Origin: Clostridium sp. CAG:343
Lineage (GTDB): Bacteria > Bacteroidota > Bacteroidia > Bacteroidales > Marinilabiliaceae
DNA: 64,000 nucleotides
Direction of reading: 5' to 3'
Assembly: GCA_963616565.1 (NCBI GenBank)
Contig: CAVEKX010000005.1
Coordinates: 12,127 to 76,126, forward strand
Shown one piece after another: positions 26,812-36,581 of this stretch (position 1 is its first letter; each line of letters starts with the position of its first letter). Under the pieces are notes generated by a model, which saw only the letters and a program-made list of their open reading frames with translations, was not told where the DNA came from and made no database searches. A program made the translations under genes and the position numbers.

Positions 26812-28521
26812 TTATAACACCCCGAGCTGGTACTTTACGCCGAGGCGGACGGCGAAGCTGCGGTACATATCGCCATTGTCGTAGGCCCAGGTGGTGTTGA
26901 CGGTCCATCCGCGTCGGAGGGCTACATTGAGGTCAAGCTTCGTGTATGTCTCATTTTGGGGCTTTGCGAAGAAGTAGTTTTTCGTCTTCTCGAAGCTGAA
27001 GCTGCCGCCATATTCCTCACAGTAGTTGCCGTAGTTGCGGGTCTGCGCCACACGCAGGGCATAGGAGAGCCGCCCGGGGAGGATGTCGCCGCGAATACCG
27101 AAGTTCACGGCTCGGATGCGGACGTTGGCGACGGAGGTGTTGTAGTCCATGGTACCCTCGGGAGCGTAGTGGCGCACGGTCTCGCGGGTTTGCATGAAGG
27201 CGTTGCCCATGGTAAGATTGCCGCGCGTCCATCCTTGTTCGAGGCAGTAGTTTATGAGATATAGCGAACGGCCGCCGAAGGCTTCACCTTTATTGTAGAA
27301 ATAGAGGAAGAAGTAGTACATGTCGGCAGCATCCTTAATCTCGCCATGCTCCGCCTCCCATGCGGCAACGTCCTCGGGGCGCAAGATGTCGTTTTTGAGA
27401 TGCTTGACGTCGCTATAGTCGCCAGGGAAGAAGACGGAATAGCCGCCATTCTTGTTGGGGATCATCGGGTCTGGCGTACTCTCGCCCCCCTGCCACTTGG
27501 TGGACATGAACTCGAGGGCTACCTCTTTTATGGGTGCGAAGTTCTTGACATTGAGAAGGATGCCAACCATAAAATCGTTGCCGCCATAATCCCTATTGAA
27601 AGGCTTCTGCGCCTTACTGTCTACAAAAGGTTGCTGATAATAGACCTTGCCATCGGCGAAAGGGGTAGTGATGTCGAAACCGAAATCCCACATGCCTTGG
27701 TGACCGCCTGCCGCATTGGTCACCTCGCCACGGAACCTGCCATTGCCGAAAATAGCAGGATCGCCATTCTTGCCGAAGAAAGAGTGCCAGAAATCGACGG
27801 GCACCTTGGTGCCATCGGAGAGCGTGCCACCGATTATGACACTGTGGTAAAGACCGGCATAGGGCTTGACGCAAAATTGCCCGATGCGCCCATAGACGTA
27901 CTTCTCGTGGAGGAGGGCGTTGTCGGTGTAGTTCTTATTGCCCTCATTATCCATCCATCCGAACGACGCACCACCGCGAATCTGAATGAAGTCGCTGAAC
28001 ATCTTTGCCCAGTTCCACGGCAATTTGCCAATGGGGAGAGACCAGTAGTCGAGGATTCCGAACCACGCCTTAGGAATGGTGCGGGCGTTGTTGCTCATGA
28101 GATAAGACCCCATGGCGAGACTCGTGTTGCTCTGGATGGGGGTATAGTTCTCCATGCCCATCTTGACGCCCAACATCCAAAGGTCGAAATCGGCGTAGAG
28201 CTCATGGAGCATGGTTCTGTCGCCATCGGTAGAGACCTGCCCCGTGAAGCCTGCGCTGAAATTGATGTTGGGATTCTTAAAGGCGTGACGATAAGCCACT
28301 TGCGCACATGCGGCAGCCTCGCCCTTGTCGTAGAGTGTGTAGCGTCCCCACTCGTTGCTATAAGAGAACAGGGGTCGGAGCTGGTGGTTGGAAGCGACGG
28401 AAGCCCAAGCCGACGCACTGACAGACAGCGAATCGCGCCTACCCTCGCCGAGGGCAAAGGCGGCGATGGATATTGCGAACAGGGCTATGGATGTGAGTAT
28501 TCTCTTGGATTGGTAGCTCAT
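26812..28521 (-). CDS. Outer-membrane beta-barrel-like protein, possibly a capsule-assembly Wzi-family protein
   Basis: Start at MSYQSKRIL (ATG 28521) with a signal peptide. Rich in alternating aromatic/Gly beta-strand motifs. The N-terminal LRPLFSYSNEWGRY resembles the Wzi-family opening motif. Assignment is from memory only. Confidence 0.45.
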   Translation of the reverse strand: MSYQSKRILTSIALFAISIAAFALGEGRRDSLSVSASAWASVASNHQLRPLFSYSNEWGRYTLYDKGEAAACAQVAYRHAFKNPNINFSAGFTGQVSTDGDRTMLHELYADFDLWMLGVKMGMENYTPIQSNTSLAMGSYLMSNNARTIPKAWFGILDYWSLPIGKLPWNWAKMFSDFIQIRGGASFGWMDNEGNKNYTDNALLHEKYVYGRIGQFCVKPYAGLYHSVIIGGTLSDGTKVPVDFWHSFFGKNGDPAIFGNGRFRGEVTNAAGGHQGMWDFGFDITTPFADGKVYYQQPFVDSKAQKPFNRDYGGNDFMVGILLNVKNFAPIKEVALEFMSTKWQGGESTPDPMIPNKNGGYSVFFPGDYSDVKHLKNDILRPEDVAAWEAEHGEIKDAADMYYFFLYFYNKGEAFGGRSLYLINYCLEQGWTRGNLTMGNAFMQTRETVRHYAPEGTMDYNTSVANVRIRAVNFGIRGDILPGRLSYALRVAQTRNYGNYCEEYGGSFSFEKTKNYFFAKPQNETYTKLDLNVALRRGWTVNTTWAYDNGDMYRSFAVRLGVKYQLGVL

Positions 28522-28535
28522 AGTATTTCTTTGTG

Positions 28536-29570
28536 TTACCTGCCTTTGGTCACGATGCGCCTCAAGAAGCCGCAATAGCGTTCAGCCTCATCGTTGAAGA
28601 CCAAGGGCTTAGGCTGCGCCATGACACCAGACTCGACGACCTTGGCCATATCGGCAATAGAGTCATAGAAGACGCACGGGTAGTCGTCTTTCAGAGGCTC
28701 TAACGCCCTATCGCAAAGCATCGTCTTTCCGTAACGCAAAGCTAATGTAAAAGTTCCGGAAGTCTTGTGGTTCAGATAGTCGTCTGCCAACACTTTATCA
28801 ATCAGTGGCAGGAGGTAGTCGGCCTTGCGCATATAGGCATCGAAGACGCACTCCTCAACAAAGCCGTCGAAGAAAGTGAACCTGTCGGACAGCCCCTCGC
28901 TGGCAACCATCTCGCGGAAACGGGGACCATCGGCCTTATTGGCATTGCCAAGGATTACAAACCTTGCGCCAAGAAGACAGCGCGCCATCGGGATGAGAGC
29001 CGCATAGTCGCGACGCTTGAACTCGACATTTCCCGGGATGACGATGACTCGCTCGCCATTTTTCGCCTCGGGGACAGAAACATCCGTCGCGCAGCATATT
29101 TCCGCACTCAGAGGAGAAAAGTATTCCGACGGGATGCAACAGACTGACTGTAAACGCTTTAGGAGATATGGGGCAATTGTCAGATATCCGCTCATGCGTC
29201 TACTTATCATCCTCTGTCCCAAGCTGTTACGCAACTTTACAATATTATGGAGCGTACCTACGAACGGCACACGCCCCAAGGCGTCCAGCAGGCATAGTTT
29301 TAGAGACTCGCTTCCCTGGGCGGTATTCAGCACGACGACATCAAAACGTCCATTCTTGACCTTCCGCCAGACGCTCCACACGTTGCCGATGCTCTTCTTG
29401 ACGGCGCACTCCACATAGTCGACGCCCACGAGCGCATCGTGGGCAAGAGATCCCAGCGTTCGGCGCGGACAGACGAGGGTCACATTGTCACCGCATGCCT
29501 TGAGATAGGCAATCTGTGGGGCGAGGCACTCGCCGTGCCACGTGTTGAACTCAATGACGCAGACTCTCAT
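28536..29570 (-). CDS. Putative glycosyltransferase (degenerate GT-B fold)
   Basis: 344 aa. VIVIPGNVEFKRRDY, FVILGN, FFDGFV and ADYLLPLI resemble the C-terminal Rossmann half of GT-B enzymes, but there is no clean E-x7-E motif. Confidence 0.45.
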   Translation of the reverse strand: MRVCVIEFNTWHGECLAPQIAYLKACGDNVTLVCPRRTLGSLAHDALVGVDYVECAVKKSIGNVWSVWRKVKNGRFDVVVLNTAQGSESLKLCLLDALGRVPFVGTLHNIVKLRNSLGQRMISRRMSGYLTIAPYLLKRLQSVCCIPSEYFSPLSAEICCATDVSVPEAKNGERVIVIPGNVEFKRRDYAALIPMARCLLGARFVILGNANKADGPRFREMVASEGLSDRFTFFDGFVEECVFDAYMRKADYLLPLIDKVLADDYLNHKTSGTFTLALRYGKTMLCDRALEPLKDDYPCVFYDSIADMAKVVESGVMAQPKPLVFNDEAERYCGFLRRIVTKGR

Positions 29571-30382
29571 GGCTTGGACTTCTCGACACCGTAGGGAGTC
29601 CAGACAACATGGTTGGCGAGCGTATTGCGCATGACGTTCCTGTTGAACTCCATTGTCTCGGGTGTCTTGTATGGGCGTTTGTGGTCGAGGTGGGAGACGA
29701 TGGCTGAGTACCTCATTTGGATGGGCTTGATGCCGTTGTTGACGAGCCTCATCCCGAACTCGCGGTCTTGACCTCCATAGTGCATAAGCTCATTATAGCC
29801 GTTGACGTCGAGGGCGTCGCGCCTCCAGCCCGATGAATTGCAGCCGTTCCACGTGTCGCGCGCTGTGGATAGGCGATTGAACATCTTGGATATGAGATTG
29901 CTACCGAGGAGTCGGGCCATCTTGATGGATCTCGGCTGACCGTTGGCTATAAGCCACTTGACATCGAAGGGTCGCCCTGCGTCGACATCCTCTTTGGTGA
30001 TCTGCGTGCTTATGGGCATCGTGAGGCGGTAGTAGCCTCCAGAGATGTAGCATCCCTCCTTGGCTGAGGCCAGGTGCGTGGCGACGAAGTCCTTGCGCGG
30101 GATGCAGTCTTGGTCGGTGAAGATGAGGTAGTCGGACTCGGCGGCGAGTAGAGCCTTATTCAGAATCTCGCTCTTTCGGAAGCCATTGTCCTCATGCCAT
30201 ACATGCTTGATTGGCAGCACGTCGCGGAAAGAATCGACAACTTGTCGCACATCGTCGCCCGAGCCGTCATCGGCGATTATTATTTCATCTGGAGGTACAT
30301 CTTGCTTACAGTAGCCACATAGGGTCAAATACAAATACTTAGGGTTGTTGTACGCAGATATAATTACTGCAGAGGTATACAC
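29567..30382 (-). CDS. Glycosyltransferase family 2 (galactosyltransferase-like)
   Basis: 271 aa with AVIISAYNNPKYLYLTL, IIIADDGSGDD and LIFTDQDCIP (DxD). Its stop overlaps the next gene's ATG by 4 nt (ATGA). Confidence 0.8.
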   Translation of the reverse strand: MYTSAVIISAYNNPKYLYLTLCGYCKQDVPPDEIIIADDGSGDDVRQVVDSFRDVLPIKHVWHEDNGFRKSEILNKALLAAESDYLIFTDQDCIPRKDFVATHLASAKEGCYISGGYYRLTMPISTQITKEDVDAGRPFDVKWLIANGQPRSIKMARLLGSNLISKMFNRLSTARDTWNGCNSSGWRRDALDVNGYNELMHYGGQDREFGMRLVNNGIKPIQMRYSAIVSHLDHKRPYKTPETMEFNRNVMRNTLANHVVWTPYGVEKSKP

Positions 30383-30416
30383 GAAATTTCAGAGAGGTTT
30401 AATGATACTATAAATG

Positions 30417-30424
30417 CAAATATA
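30417..30424 (-). promoter_or_regulatory. Candidate -7 box (TATATTTG on the - strand) for the GT2/GT-B/Wzi-like operon
   Basis: The + strand reads caaatata, 35 nt upstream of the ATG at 30382. Confidence 0.35.
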
Positions 30425-30476
30425 GTTTTTCAAATCAAGTTGTTAGTAAATTAGTGGAAAGTAAAACGGCAAAAAG

Positions 30477-30812
30477 ATGATAAGGAAAGGAGAAGAAAAA
30501 GACATCGACTCCATAATGTGCGCAATGGTCGGCTTGGCGCTGGCGCTGACCATGGCATCGTGCCACCCTGTCATGCCTATTGACGAGAAGGGCGAGGTCA
30601 TGATTGTATATTATGACGAGAGCGTAGGCACCGACGCAATAGAGAAGTTCATCAAGAAGAACGACATTAAGGTTCTCTACCAATACTCCAACATCAAAGG
30701 TTACGCACTAAGGCTGCACAACGACGAGCAGCGCATGGCGTTGGAGAAAGTGGAGGGCGTATTGTCTGTGAACAAAGACGAAGTGATGCGGTTGAATTGC
30801 ACGACAGAATAA
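30477..30812 (+). CDS. Small lipoprotein resembling a free-standing peptidase-inhibitor I9 (subtilisin propeptide-like) domain
   Basis: Lipobox LALTMASC. VMIVYYDES...VLYQYSNIKGYALRLHNDEQRMALEKVEGVLSVNKDEVMRL follows the I9 pattern (yIV..., ysY..f.GFaa.L.e.e...L...pgV.sV..D.v..L). Pattern match only. Confidence 0.4.
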   Translation: MIRKGEEKDIDSIMCAMVGLALALTMASCHPVMPIDEKGEVMIVYYDESVGTDAIEKFIKKNDIKVLYQYSNIKGYALRLHNDEQRMALEKVEGVLSVNKDEVMRLNCTTE

Positions 30813-30840
30813 AGAGCGCGGCACGATTCTGACGGAAAAA

Positions 30841-31320
30841 ATGGACAAGCAAGAAGTTTACGATTTCCTTACGGCGCAGAATATCACGTATGAGGTGACG
30901 GAGCATGGGGCAGTGTACAATATGGAAGAAATGGACTTGCTGGAGCTGCCGCACAAAGATGCGCTTGCCAAAAACATCTTCGTGCGCGACGACAAGAAGA
31001 CGTGCTACTACATCATTTCCGTAAAAGGAGACAAACGAGTGGATTTGAAGGGGTTCCGCACTACATTCGGGACACGTCGCCTGACATTTGCCGACGATGA
31101 GGATATGAGAACTTTGCTTGGCGTAACGCCCGGCTCTGTTACTCCTTTAGGGCTATTGAACGACACTGATTGCCGCGTGCGTCTTTTCATCGACAATGAT
31201 TTTATGGAAGGCATGATAGGCGTTCATCCGAACGAGAATACAGCGACAGTGTGGATGCAGACAGCCGACCTCATCCGCATCATTAGAGAGCATGGCAATG
31301 AGGTGAGAATCATGCAGTAA
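30841..31320 (+). CDS. YbaK/ProX-type aminoacyl-tRNA deacylase domain protein
   Basis: 159 aa with LAKNIFVRDDKK, VKGDKRVDLK and LGVTPGSVTPLGLLND, typical of YbaK/EbsC-family editing domains. Confidence 0.8.
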   Translation: MDKQEVYDFLTAQNITYEVTEHGAVYNMEEMDLLELPHKDALAKNIFVRDDKKTCYYIISVKGDKRVDLKGFRTTFGTRRLTFADDEDMRTLLGVTPGSVTPLGLLNDTDCRVRLFIDNDFMEGMIGVHPNENTATVWMQTADLIRIIREHGNEVRIMQ

Positions 31321-31362
31321 GACTTTCCCCCTACCCTTCCGCACTTTGAGGAGACAAAAAGT

Positions 31363-31401
31363 TCGAGGCTCGGAACCCAACAGGTGGGTTTCGAGCCTCG
31401 A
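31363..31401. terminator. Bidirectional terminator between convergent genes
   Basis: 17-bp stem tcgaggctcggaaccca / tgggtttcgagcctcga (one G-U pair), flanked by an A-run on the left and TAGCTTTTA on the right. Confidence 0.65.
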
Positions 31402-31428
31402 TAGCTTTTAGAGGGTTGGACGACAGTC

Positions 31429-34400
31429 CTACCCTACCTGCTCAGAATCGTCTTCGCGTCCCATCTGGTCGATGAGGAAGTGGAGGCGGTTCTCGAGATT
31501 GACGCGCGCGACGGATGAGTCGATGTCGAGGAACAGTAGACCGGTCTTGGGGCACACCTTGCGGAGGCGGTTCTCGATGCCACGCGCAACGATATGGTTG
31601 GCAATGCAGCCGAATGGCTGGAGGCAAACGACCTTGTCGATGCCCGAGCGGCTAAGCTCCATGACCTCGCCGGCGATGAGCCAACCCTCGCCGAACTGGT
31701 TGACGAGGTTGAGTACGGAAGATGCGTCGGATGCCATGTCGAAGATGCTGCCCTCTGGGCGGTAGAAGCGGAACCGGCGTTTAATCTTGTCCCACTTCTT
31801 GTCTCGGCTGGAGACGTAACCTTTGAGGAACTTGGCGACAATCTTGGACTGGAAGGAGCTTTTCTCGATATCGTGCTTATCGTTGACCTTGTCGTTGACG
31901 AAAGCTTGTAGGAGGAAGCTCATGAGAGATGGCACGACGACCTCGATTCCCTGGTCTTGGAGCCACTCGGTTATGTGGAGCTGTCCGAAGCTGTTGTACT
32001 TAATATAGATCTCACCGATGAGACCTATGGTGCGCGGAGTTATGCCGTTGGTCTCGATGTCATTGTATTCATCGACGGCACGATCAAGGAGGTTGAAGAG
32101 CTTTTTCTCCTGCTTGGCATCGATGAGCTTGATGGCCTCGTCGAGATATTTTTGCTGGAGGGCTTTGGCGGTGCCCTTGACCTTCTCACGGACAGCCATG
32201 GCGCGGGTCATTGCTGCGAGAGCCTCGCTGAACTGAACGGTCTTGAGACCGAGCTGGATGGCGAGACGGATGTCGGCCTTGAAGGCGGGCTGCTCGTTGC
32301 CGTAGGCCGTACCTGTATTGAACGAGAGGAGAGGGACGTCGGCGAGCCCTGCCGTGGTGAGGGCGTTCTTGATGAGGGCAAGATAGTTTGTCGCTCGACA
32401 CTGTCCACCCGTCTGCGTGATGCCGACGACATATTTGTCGCGGTCGTCGCGATGCGCCATCATGAACTTGACGATGTCACCAACGACGAGCGTGGCGGGG
32501 TAGCACACCTCGTTATGACCATACTTGAGACCCATGGTGATGGAATCCTCGTCGGGCTTAGGGAGATTTTGGAGACGGAAGCCGAGCCGCCCGAAGAGAG
32601 ACGGGAAGAGTGGGGATATGGAGTCGGAGAACCAAGGTACGACGATGGTACGCTCGTTCTTCTCCTTCTCTGTGAAGGCGTTATGGATTGCCTTGTAGGG
32701 TCGTTTCTCGGGTGCGTGACCGAGCGCACCACTCTGCTTGAGGCTCTCGACAAGGGATCGGAGGCGGAGACGTACGGAACCGGGGCTGCTTATCTCGTCG
32801 ACGCGGATGACAGTATGGTTCTTGCCTGCGGCATTGAGGATGTTGGAGCACTCATCCATGAGGAAAGAGTCGGGGCCACAGCCGAAGGAGTTGACCTGAA
32901 TGAGCTGGACATTATCGGGCAGGGCGGCTACACCGTGGGCGGCATGGATAACGCGGTTGGGGTATGTCCACTGCGAGATGTAGTTCATCTCGAGGCAGTT
33001 GCCCTTATCCTCACGGAAGACATCATCGGATATGATGTCCACGCCGAGGTCGGTGACGATTTGCGCGACACGCTGATTGATGAGCGGGTCGATATGGTAG
33101 GGGCGGCCCGTCATGACGAAAATCATCTTGCCCTCGCGTACGTCGCGGTCGAGAATCTCGCGCTCGGTCTCGATGAGATGTCTCTTGACCTCCATCTTAT
33201 GGGCTATGGCCTTACGGACGGCACGCTTGACGACGGCACGCTTTACACCAAGGCTTCCGAGGTAATCTTGGCAGCAGTCCATTATGGACTTCTCTGTCAC
33301 GAACGAGACGACGGGGGTGTCGAAGTGGATGCCGTAGCGTCGCTCGGGGTCGACGGCAGAGCGGATGACATCGGGATAGCCGCTGACGACGGGGCAGTTG
33401 AAACAGTTGGCATCGTGCTCATGCTCCTTGGCCTCCTTGATGACGAGGGGGTAGAAGATGCGCGCGACCTTCTTTGAAATGAGGTTCATAATATGCCCAT
33501 TGGTCAGCTTGGCCGGGAAGCATATATTATCGCTCATGATGGAGAAGATGCCGCCGCGGAAGAGCTTCATGGTACTCTCGTCGGAGAGGACGGGTCGGAA
33601 TCCGCACTCGGTGAAGAGGGTGTGCCAGAAGGGGTAGTTCTCGAACATATTGAGAACTCGCGGGATGCCGATGGTCTTTGGGTCGGCAGCCTCGGCGGTC
33701 GTCAGTTGCGCCTTGTCTTGCTGACCGAAAGTGTAGTGGTATTTCTCTTCAATTTGGTTGCGGCCTGGGGTTTGGCTCTTGCTCTTGGAGTGGAAGATGC
33801 GCTCGCACTTGTTACCCGCGAAGCTGAGGTTGCCGTTGGGGAAACGGAAGCGCACGACTTGGCAGTTGTTGGTACATCCGCTGCACTGCACGGTGTCGGT
33901 CTTAATGTCGGCGAGCGTGGCGAGGGTCTCCTCGGGATTGAACGACGAGGGGCTGTTTTCGATGGACTTTTGGGCTATGGCGTAGAGGGCGGAGCCGTAG
34001 GCACCCATAAGCTCCGGGGCGTCGGTTGTCCAGACCTCCTTGCCAGAGAGGATCTCGAGGGCGCGGAGGACAGCCTTATTCTTGAATGTTCCACCTTGCG
34101 CGACGATGGTGTCGCCGAGGCGATTGAGGTTCTGCATCTTGAGAACCTTGAAGAGGCAGTTCTTGACGACAGATATGGCGAGACCTGCAGCGATGTCGCC
34201 GGGGTCGGTATTTTGGCGGAGAGCCTCCTTGACCTTAGAGTTCATGAAGACCGTGCAACGCGTGCCGAGGTCACACGGGCGACGGGCGCGGCACGCCATC
34301 TCGGCGAAATCCGGCAACTTGATATTCATCATGCCGGCGAAGCCTTGGAGGAAAGAGCCGCAGCCAGAGGAGCAGCTCTCGTTGAGCTCGATATTGGCAA

Positions 34401-35745
34401 CAGCACCGTTGCGGATGAAGATGGACTTGATGTCCTGACCACCAATATCGAGGATGAAGGAGACTGCGGGATTGACGTAGTGGGCGGCTTTGAAATGCGC
34501 CATGGTCTCGACGATGCCGTAGTCGAGGTTGAGGGCCGCCTTGACAAGATCCTCGCCATAGCCAGTGACGGCTGAGCCTCGGAAAGTGGCGGTCGCACCA
34601 CGCTCGGCTACGAGCGACATGAAGGCACGGAGAGCTTCCTCAACCTTCTTGAGCGGGTTGCCGTCGTTGTTGGAGTAGCTCTTAAAGAGGATGCGGCCTT
34701 GATCGTCGGTGACGACGAACTTGGTTGTCGTGGAGCCAGAGTCGATGCCGAGGAAGACATCGTTATTTGAACCTTGCTGAATATCAGCGTATTGCAGAGG
34801 TTTGACCTTGAGGTCGCGGAGCCACTGCTGATATTGGGCCTCATCGGTGAAGAGGGGGGAGAGATATTGCTCGCTACCCTTTGTCGTCTCGCGGCTTAGG
34901 CGAGAGCGGATCTCGTCGATGGAGATGGCCATGGACTTGTCGGCGGAGAGAGCTGCGCCACGGGCAGTGGTGGTCTCGGCACCCGGGAGGAGGATGAGAT
35001 CCTCGGGTTTGAGGTTCATGACCCTTACGAATGCCTGTCGGAGAGAGGGGAGGAACGTCAGCGGGCCGCCAGTGCAGAGGACCGGGGCTATGATGTCGGC
35101 GCCGTGGGCGAGCGTCGTCATGGTCTGCATGGCGACAGCGTTGAAGATTGACGCTGCGATATCTGAGGTCGGGAGACGACGGGAGACGAGGTTTTGGACA
35201 TCGGTCTTGGCGAACACACCGCAACGAGACGCAATGGGATATATGCGGCTGAACGAGGCGGCCTCGTCGCTCATGGCTTTAGGCTCGATGTCCATGAGCG
35301 TAGCCATCTGGTCGATGAAGGCACCTGTTCCGCCGGCGCATGAGCCGTTCATGCGGATGTCCGGGCTCTTGTCCTTATGGAAGAAGACCATCTTGGCATC
35401 CTCACCCCCGAGGTCGATGAGCGTGAAATCGGTTCGTCCCGTCTCCTTCATTGCCGCGCTGGCGGCGAGAACCTCCTGAATGAACGGGAGCCCCGACCTC
35501 TCGGCGAGACCAATGCCAGCCGAGCCTGTCACGCAGACGCTGAAAGAGGCGTCAGAGCCGACGGCTTTCTCCATCTCGGCGAGTTGGGCGTCGAGGCAAG
35601 TGCGGATGTCGGCGAAATGTCGCTTGTAGGAATTGAACGCCACGGAGCCGTCGGCCTGGTTTATGACGACGAACTTAATCGTGGTGGAGCCTGCGTCGAT
35701 ACCGATGCTGAAGTGCTTGCTTACGTCTGAGAGATTGTTTGTCAT
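31429..35745 (-). CDS. Giant acyl-CoA dehydratase activase-related protein (two BcrAD/BadFG ATPase modules fused to a DUF2229/HgdB-like region)
   Basis: 1438 aa. Two actin-fold ATPase modules (IGIDAGSTTIKFVV and LGIDSGSTTTKFVV), each with a Cys pair (NGSCAGGTGAF/ASRCGVFAKTD; NESCSSGCGSF/GTRCTVFMNSK). Then CSGCTNNC and a large IGIPRVLNMFENYPFWHTLF... region. Confidence 0.85.
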   Translation of the reverse strand: MTNNLSDVSKHFSIGIDAGSTTIKFVVINQADGSVAFNSYKRHFADIRTCLDAQLAEMEKAVGSDASFSVCVTGSAGIGLAERSGLPFIQEVLAASAAMKETGRTDFTLIDLGGEDAKMVFFHKDKSPDIRMNGSCAGGTGAFIDQMATLMDIEPKAMSDEAASFSRIYPIASRCGVFAKTDVQNLVSRRLPTSDIAASIFNAVAMQTMTTLAHGADIIAPVLCTGGPLTFLPSLRQAFVRVMNLKPEDLILLPGAETTTARGAALSADKSMAISIDEIRSRLSRETTKGSEQYLSPLFTDEAQYQQWLRDLKVKPLQYADIQQGSNNDVFLGIDSGSTTTKFVVTDDQGRILFKSYSNNDGNPLKKVEEALRAFMSLVAERGATATFRGSAVTGYGEDLVKAALNLDYGIVETMAHFKAAHYVNPAVSFILDIGGQDIKSIFIRNGAVANIELNESCSSGCGSFLQGFAGMMNIKLPDFAEMACRARRPCDLGTRCTVFMNSKVKEALRQNTDPGDIAAGLAISVVKNCLFKVLKMQNLNRLGDTIVAQGGTFKNKAVLRALEILSGKEVWTTDAPELMGAYGSALYAIAQKSIENSPSSFNPEETLATLADIKTDTVQCSGCTNNCQVVRFRFPNGNLSFAGNKCERIFHSKSKSQTPGRNQIEEKYHYTFGQQDKAQLTTAEAADPKTIGIPRVLNMFENYPFWHTLFTECGFRPVLSDESTMKLFRGGIFSIMSDNICFPAKLTNGHIMNLISKKVARIFYPLVIKEAKEHEHDANCFNCPVVSGYPDVIRSAVDPERRYGIHFDTPVVSFVTEKSIMDCCQDYLGSLGVKRAVVKRAVRKAIAHKMEVKRHLIETEREILDRDVREGKMIFVMTGRPYHIDPLINQRVAQIVTDLGVDIISDDVFREDKGNCLEMNYISQWTYPNRVIHAAHGVAALPDNVQLIQVNSFGCGPDSFLMDECSNILNAAGKNHTVIRVDEISSPGSVRLRLRSLVESLKQSGALGHAPEKRPYKAIHNAFTEKEKNERTIVVPWFSDSISPLFPSLFGRLGFRLQNLPKPDEDSITMGLKYGHNEVCYPATLVVGDIVKFMMAHRDDRDKYVVGITQTGGQCRATNYLALIKNALTTAGLADVPLLSFNTGTAYGNEQPAFKADIRLAIQLGLKTVQFSEALAAMTRAMAVREKVKGTAKALQQKYLDEAIKLIDAKQEKKLFNLLDRAVDEYNDIETNGITPRTIGLIGEIYIKYNSFGQLHITEWLQDQGIEVVVPSLMSFLLQAFVNDKVNDKHDIEKSSFQSKIVAKFLKGYVSSRDKKWDKIKRRFRFYRPEGSIFDMASDASSVLNLVNQFGEGWLIAGEVMELSRSGIDKVVCLQPFGCIANHIVARGIENRLRKVCPKTGLLFLDIDSSVARVNLENRLHFLIDQMGREDDSEQVG

Positions 35746-35852
35746 GGTAGTGGTTCAGCCTGAATGGTCGGAGCGTGGGGAAAAGGTGTGTTTGAGACCA
35801 TTGACAGGTATGTGTTTGCTTTGGAGCTTTTGTTTGAGATAGGAGCGTCGGG

Positions 35853-36407
35853 CTACTGGCTAATCATGACGACATAGCGGTCGGCATCTTGGCCTATGAC
35901 CCCGCCCCGGGTGCGGTAGCGAATCCGCAGAGGACGTCCGTTAGCCTCGATTATCTTGCGCCGGAGCTTAGGGACGATAGAGACATCGACGAACTTCATC
36001 AGTTGCCTTGCCATGGCATCCTCGACGTTGTTCTTGGCGGATGAGCCGACATAGGCGTAGGAGAATGATGCCGTGTCGGGCTTCATGGAGAGGTTGTCGT
36101 CGGAGACGTGCCAGTCGCCGTTGAGCCTCATGAGGTACCGTAGTTGGACGTCGTCGAACTCGAACGCGCCACCGAAATGGAAAGTCATCCCGACATTGGC
36201 GTTTATGTTGACGCCGGTGGGATTGAGTTCTTGAGTCGTCGCGATGTTGACGGTACAAATCATGCCGTCGTCCTCGTCGATGGCGTCGGAGAGGAAGGTA
36301 CGGTATTTACCAATCAGCGAGGCGTCTTTGCCACGGAAGGCGAAGACGGCAGCAGCCAGGATAATGGCCGTCGCGACGGCAATGGCGTAGTAGCTTTTCT
36401 TGAGCAT
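35853..36407 (-). CDS. Hypothetical N-terminally membrane-anchored protein
   Basis: 184-aa ORF with one N-terminal hydrophobic helix (YYAIAVATAIILAAAVFAF) and its own -7 box upstream. No recognisable motif. Confidence 0.5.
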   Translation of the reverse strand: MLKKSYYAIAVATAIILAAAVFAFRGKDASLIGKYRTFLSDAIDEDDGMICTVNIATTQELNPTGVNINANVGMTFHFGGAFEFDDVQLRYLMRLNGDWHVSDDNLSMKPDTASFSYAYVGSSAKNNVEDAMARQLMKFVDVSIVPKLRRKIIEANGRPLRIRYRTRGGVIGQDADRYVVMISQ

Positions 36408-36439
36408 CGACGTTAAGACGTGACGTGCATAAAGTGTGG

Positions 36440-36447
36440 CAAAGATA
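36440..36447 (-). promoter_or_regulatory. Candidate -7 box (TATCTTTG on the - strand)
   Basis: The + strand reads caaagata, 33 nt upstream of the ATG at 36407. Confidence 0.35.
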
Positions 36448-36547
36448 AGATTTTATTCAATTTTACGTTGCGCTGCGTAGGTTAGCATATTATAAATATG
36501 TATAAGCAGGTGGAGAGAAGTGGCTTTGCGGCAATGGGAAATTAACC

Positions 36548-36555
36548 TATATTTG
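36548..36555 (+). promoter_or_regulatory. Candidate -7 box (TATATTTG)
   Basis: 27 nt upstream of the MaoC ATG at 36582. Confidence 0.35.
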
Positions 36556-36581
36556 CGGTTTGAAAAAACAAACAAATCATC

